In this document: piece after piece, positions 62,601 to 64,000 of the stretch
Layout: every line of letters starts with the position of its first letter
How positions within the stretch are numbered: position 1 is the stretch's first letter
DNA from: Hydrolagus colliei
Taxonomy: Eukaryota
NCBI GenBank assembly: GCA_035084275.1
Contig: CM068762.1
Location: 11,780,001 to 11,844,000 of the forward strand
Direction: 5' to 3'
Length of the DNA: 64,000 nt
Translations under genes and position numbers: made by a program
The notes under the pieces: model-generated
What the model saw: only the letters and a program-made list of their open reading frames with translations
Database searches by the model: none
What the model was told of the DNA's origin: nothing

Positions 62601-64000
62601 CCACAACGCCAGGTGAACCTGAAGACAACAGGTAGGATTGGAACTATCTCTCCGTATGTCAGGCCCTGACATGTCATTATGTCTTGGAGGGGTAGACTGG
62701 ACAGAGAGGGCAAGGATTATTCTCATTAATCTCCTTTTAACCTTGTAAACTAACGGGTAGGGTGGTCCTAGCTCGAGAAATAATCATTTCAGTCATAAAT
62801 TAGCCACTGAAAGCTGATTAAACCGCACAATTTACTGAATGTAGCCCATAAACCTTGGCCCTCACCAAACTGCAGCTCACGCAATTGCAAAGCGAGCCCT
62901 CGTCTACGTGTTATAGTTTTGCAAACTTTGCAAAGAGGTGTAAGTGTGTCGAGAAGCCTTGTCACTTCTTGTTGTCTGCTCTGTAGGTTGGTGTACATTG
63001 TGCTGGGATTGCTGGGGCTGCTGCTGATCGCAGTCATTCTGTCTGTACTTGTGTTCAGGGAGCAAAGGAAGAAGCGCGGTGAGTGTCTGACTCATTAGGA
63101 TTCAATGGTTTATATTGACATTTATATACGTTATTCCACACCGTGCCCAGTCATTTCACTCCACAGAATATTCTGTGGGACGTTTTGAGGCGTCTCGAAG
63201 ACGTGATAAGGAGCTATATTTGGAATCCTGTAGCTCAGTGGTTAGAGCACTCGCCTTGAAAGTGAGAGAAATGGATTCGATATTAGGCAGGGTGCAACCT
63301 TGCGCGAGATTGCTTATCTCACACGTCTGATAATTTGTTTTTTTAATCCACGACTGTTTATGTGATGCTGCAGTGAACAAATGGGCGCCACATTTCGCCC
63401 ACAAACATACGGTTAATTCAGGTGACAGCATATTCTAAGAAGCGCTTTGAGATATCTAGAAGACATGAAAAATGCTACATCAAATGCAAGGATTATTATT
63501 ACTACAATGTTTGATGAGATGACTTTCCACTTTAGTGGTCACATGAAATCTACAGTGACATGGTGCAAATTTAGAAATTTGATAAGAGTCGATAGGTTGA
63601 AATTATTTGGATTGAACAGTGAGTTAGTGACTAGAGGGCAGTAATTCCAGATAGTTAACAAAAGAAGGAGAATAAAGGAAAGTTATTACACAGAGTTATT
63701 AGACAGGATGTGGAATGCCTCTCTGGGCAGTGGTCGAGACAGGATCTATATTAGATTACAGGAGGGTGTTAGACAACTGTCTGAAGAGCAATAAGTGGCA
63801 GGAGTTTGGGAAAAAGGAAACTGAACAGATTGCTCTGTCAATGAGCCAGCACAGACACAATGGGCCAAATTGCCTTTTTCTGTACTGTATATTTCAGTGA
63901 TTTTCTGTGGCTTTAACTTTACTTCCAACATGTCAATGATTAGTAGCAGATTGTCAGGAGACAGTTGTTGATTCTTGTGAACATTTTCCCTCTGTCTAAG
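59627..64000 (+). CDS. R8: V-C2 inhibitory-type receptor, 3' part outside the window
   Basis: Exons: leader 59627-59666, V 60174-60500, C2 60994-61314, stalk 62508-62631, TM 62987-63078. The window ends exactly at the cyt1 acceptor (tttccctctgtctaag), matching R4 and R5. Confidence 0.83.
60174..60500 (+). CDS. R8 Ig V exon
   Basis: Inside ORF 60140-60532; canonical splice sites. Confidence 0.92.
60578..60680 (-). mobile_element. Short retroposon tail fragment resembling the shark HE1 SINE/HER1 LINE 3' end (second copy at about 25060-25175, +)
   Basis: gaaggg..gacccgaaac..gctgcctgacctgctga motif; inserted relative to paralogous introns. The family assignment is from memory. Confidence 0.45.
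60994..61314 (+). CDS. R8 C2-type Ig exon
   Basis: ORF 60999-61451; canonical splice sites. Confidence 0.9.
61730..62330 (-). mobile_element. L2-clade LINE 3' fragment in the R8 C2-stalk intron
   Basis: ORF 61759-62328: QNSAARVL..HITPTLARLHWLP..APTQWNSIP. Confidence 0.85.
63220..63503 (+). mobile_element. tRNA-derived SINE
   Basis: Full-length copy. Confidence 0.8.

Overview
This is vertebrate genomic DNA, most likely from a cartilaginous fish. That inference rests on the repeats: dense tRNA-headed SINEs with a Deu-like core and L2-like tail, plus L2 and CR1 LINE fragments. The window holds a tandem and inverted cluster of CD300/pIgR-like (MDIR-like) immunoglobulin-superfamily paired immune receptors. 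By reading splice sites and exon phases I reconstructed eight loci (R1-R8), most of whose exons are missing from the ORF track. Inhibitory type (neutral TM, long ITIM/ITSM tail): R2, R4, R5 and R8 (runs off the window). Activating type (WxxLRW TM with an Arg, short or no tail): R1, R3, R7 and the pseudogene R6. Ectodomains (V; V-C2; V-C2-V-C2) and signalling modules are combined combinatorially. A recombination junction that grafts an activating tail onto an inhibitory-type stalk is visible at about 22,622. Other notable points: a symmetric 42-nt juxtamembrane exon that is open in one gene, stop-containing in two and decayed in a fourth; coordinated loss of the C2 exon and its partner Cys; a stalk VNTR; a solo LTR with a 4-bp TSD; an inverted duplication; and ETS/PU.1 and RUNX motif clusters. 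No bacterial features, CRISPR arrays, rRNA or true tRNA genes are supported. All gene models are manual predictions without transcript evidence.
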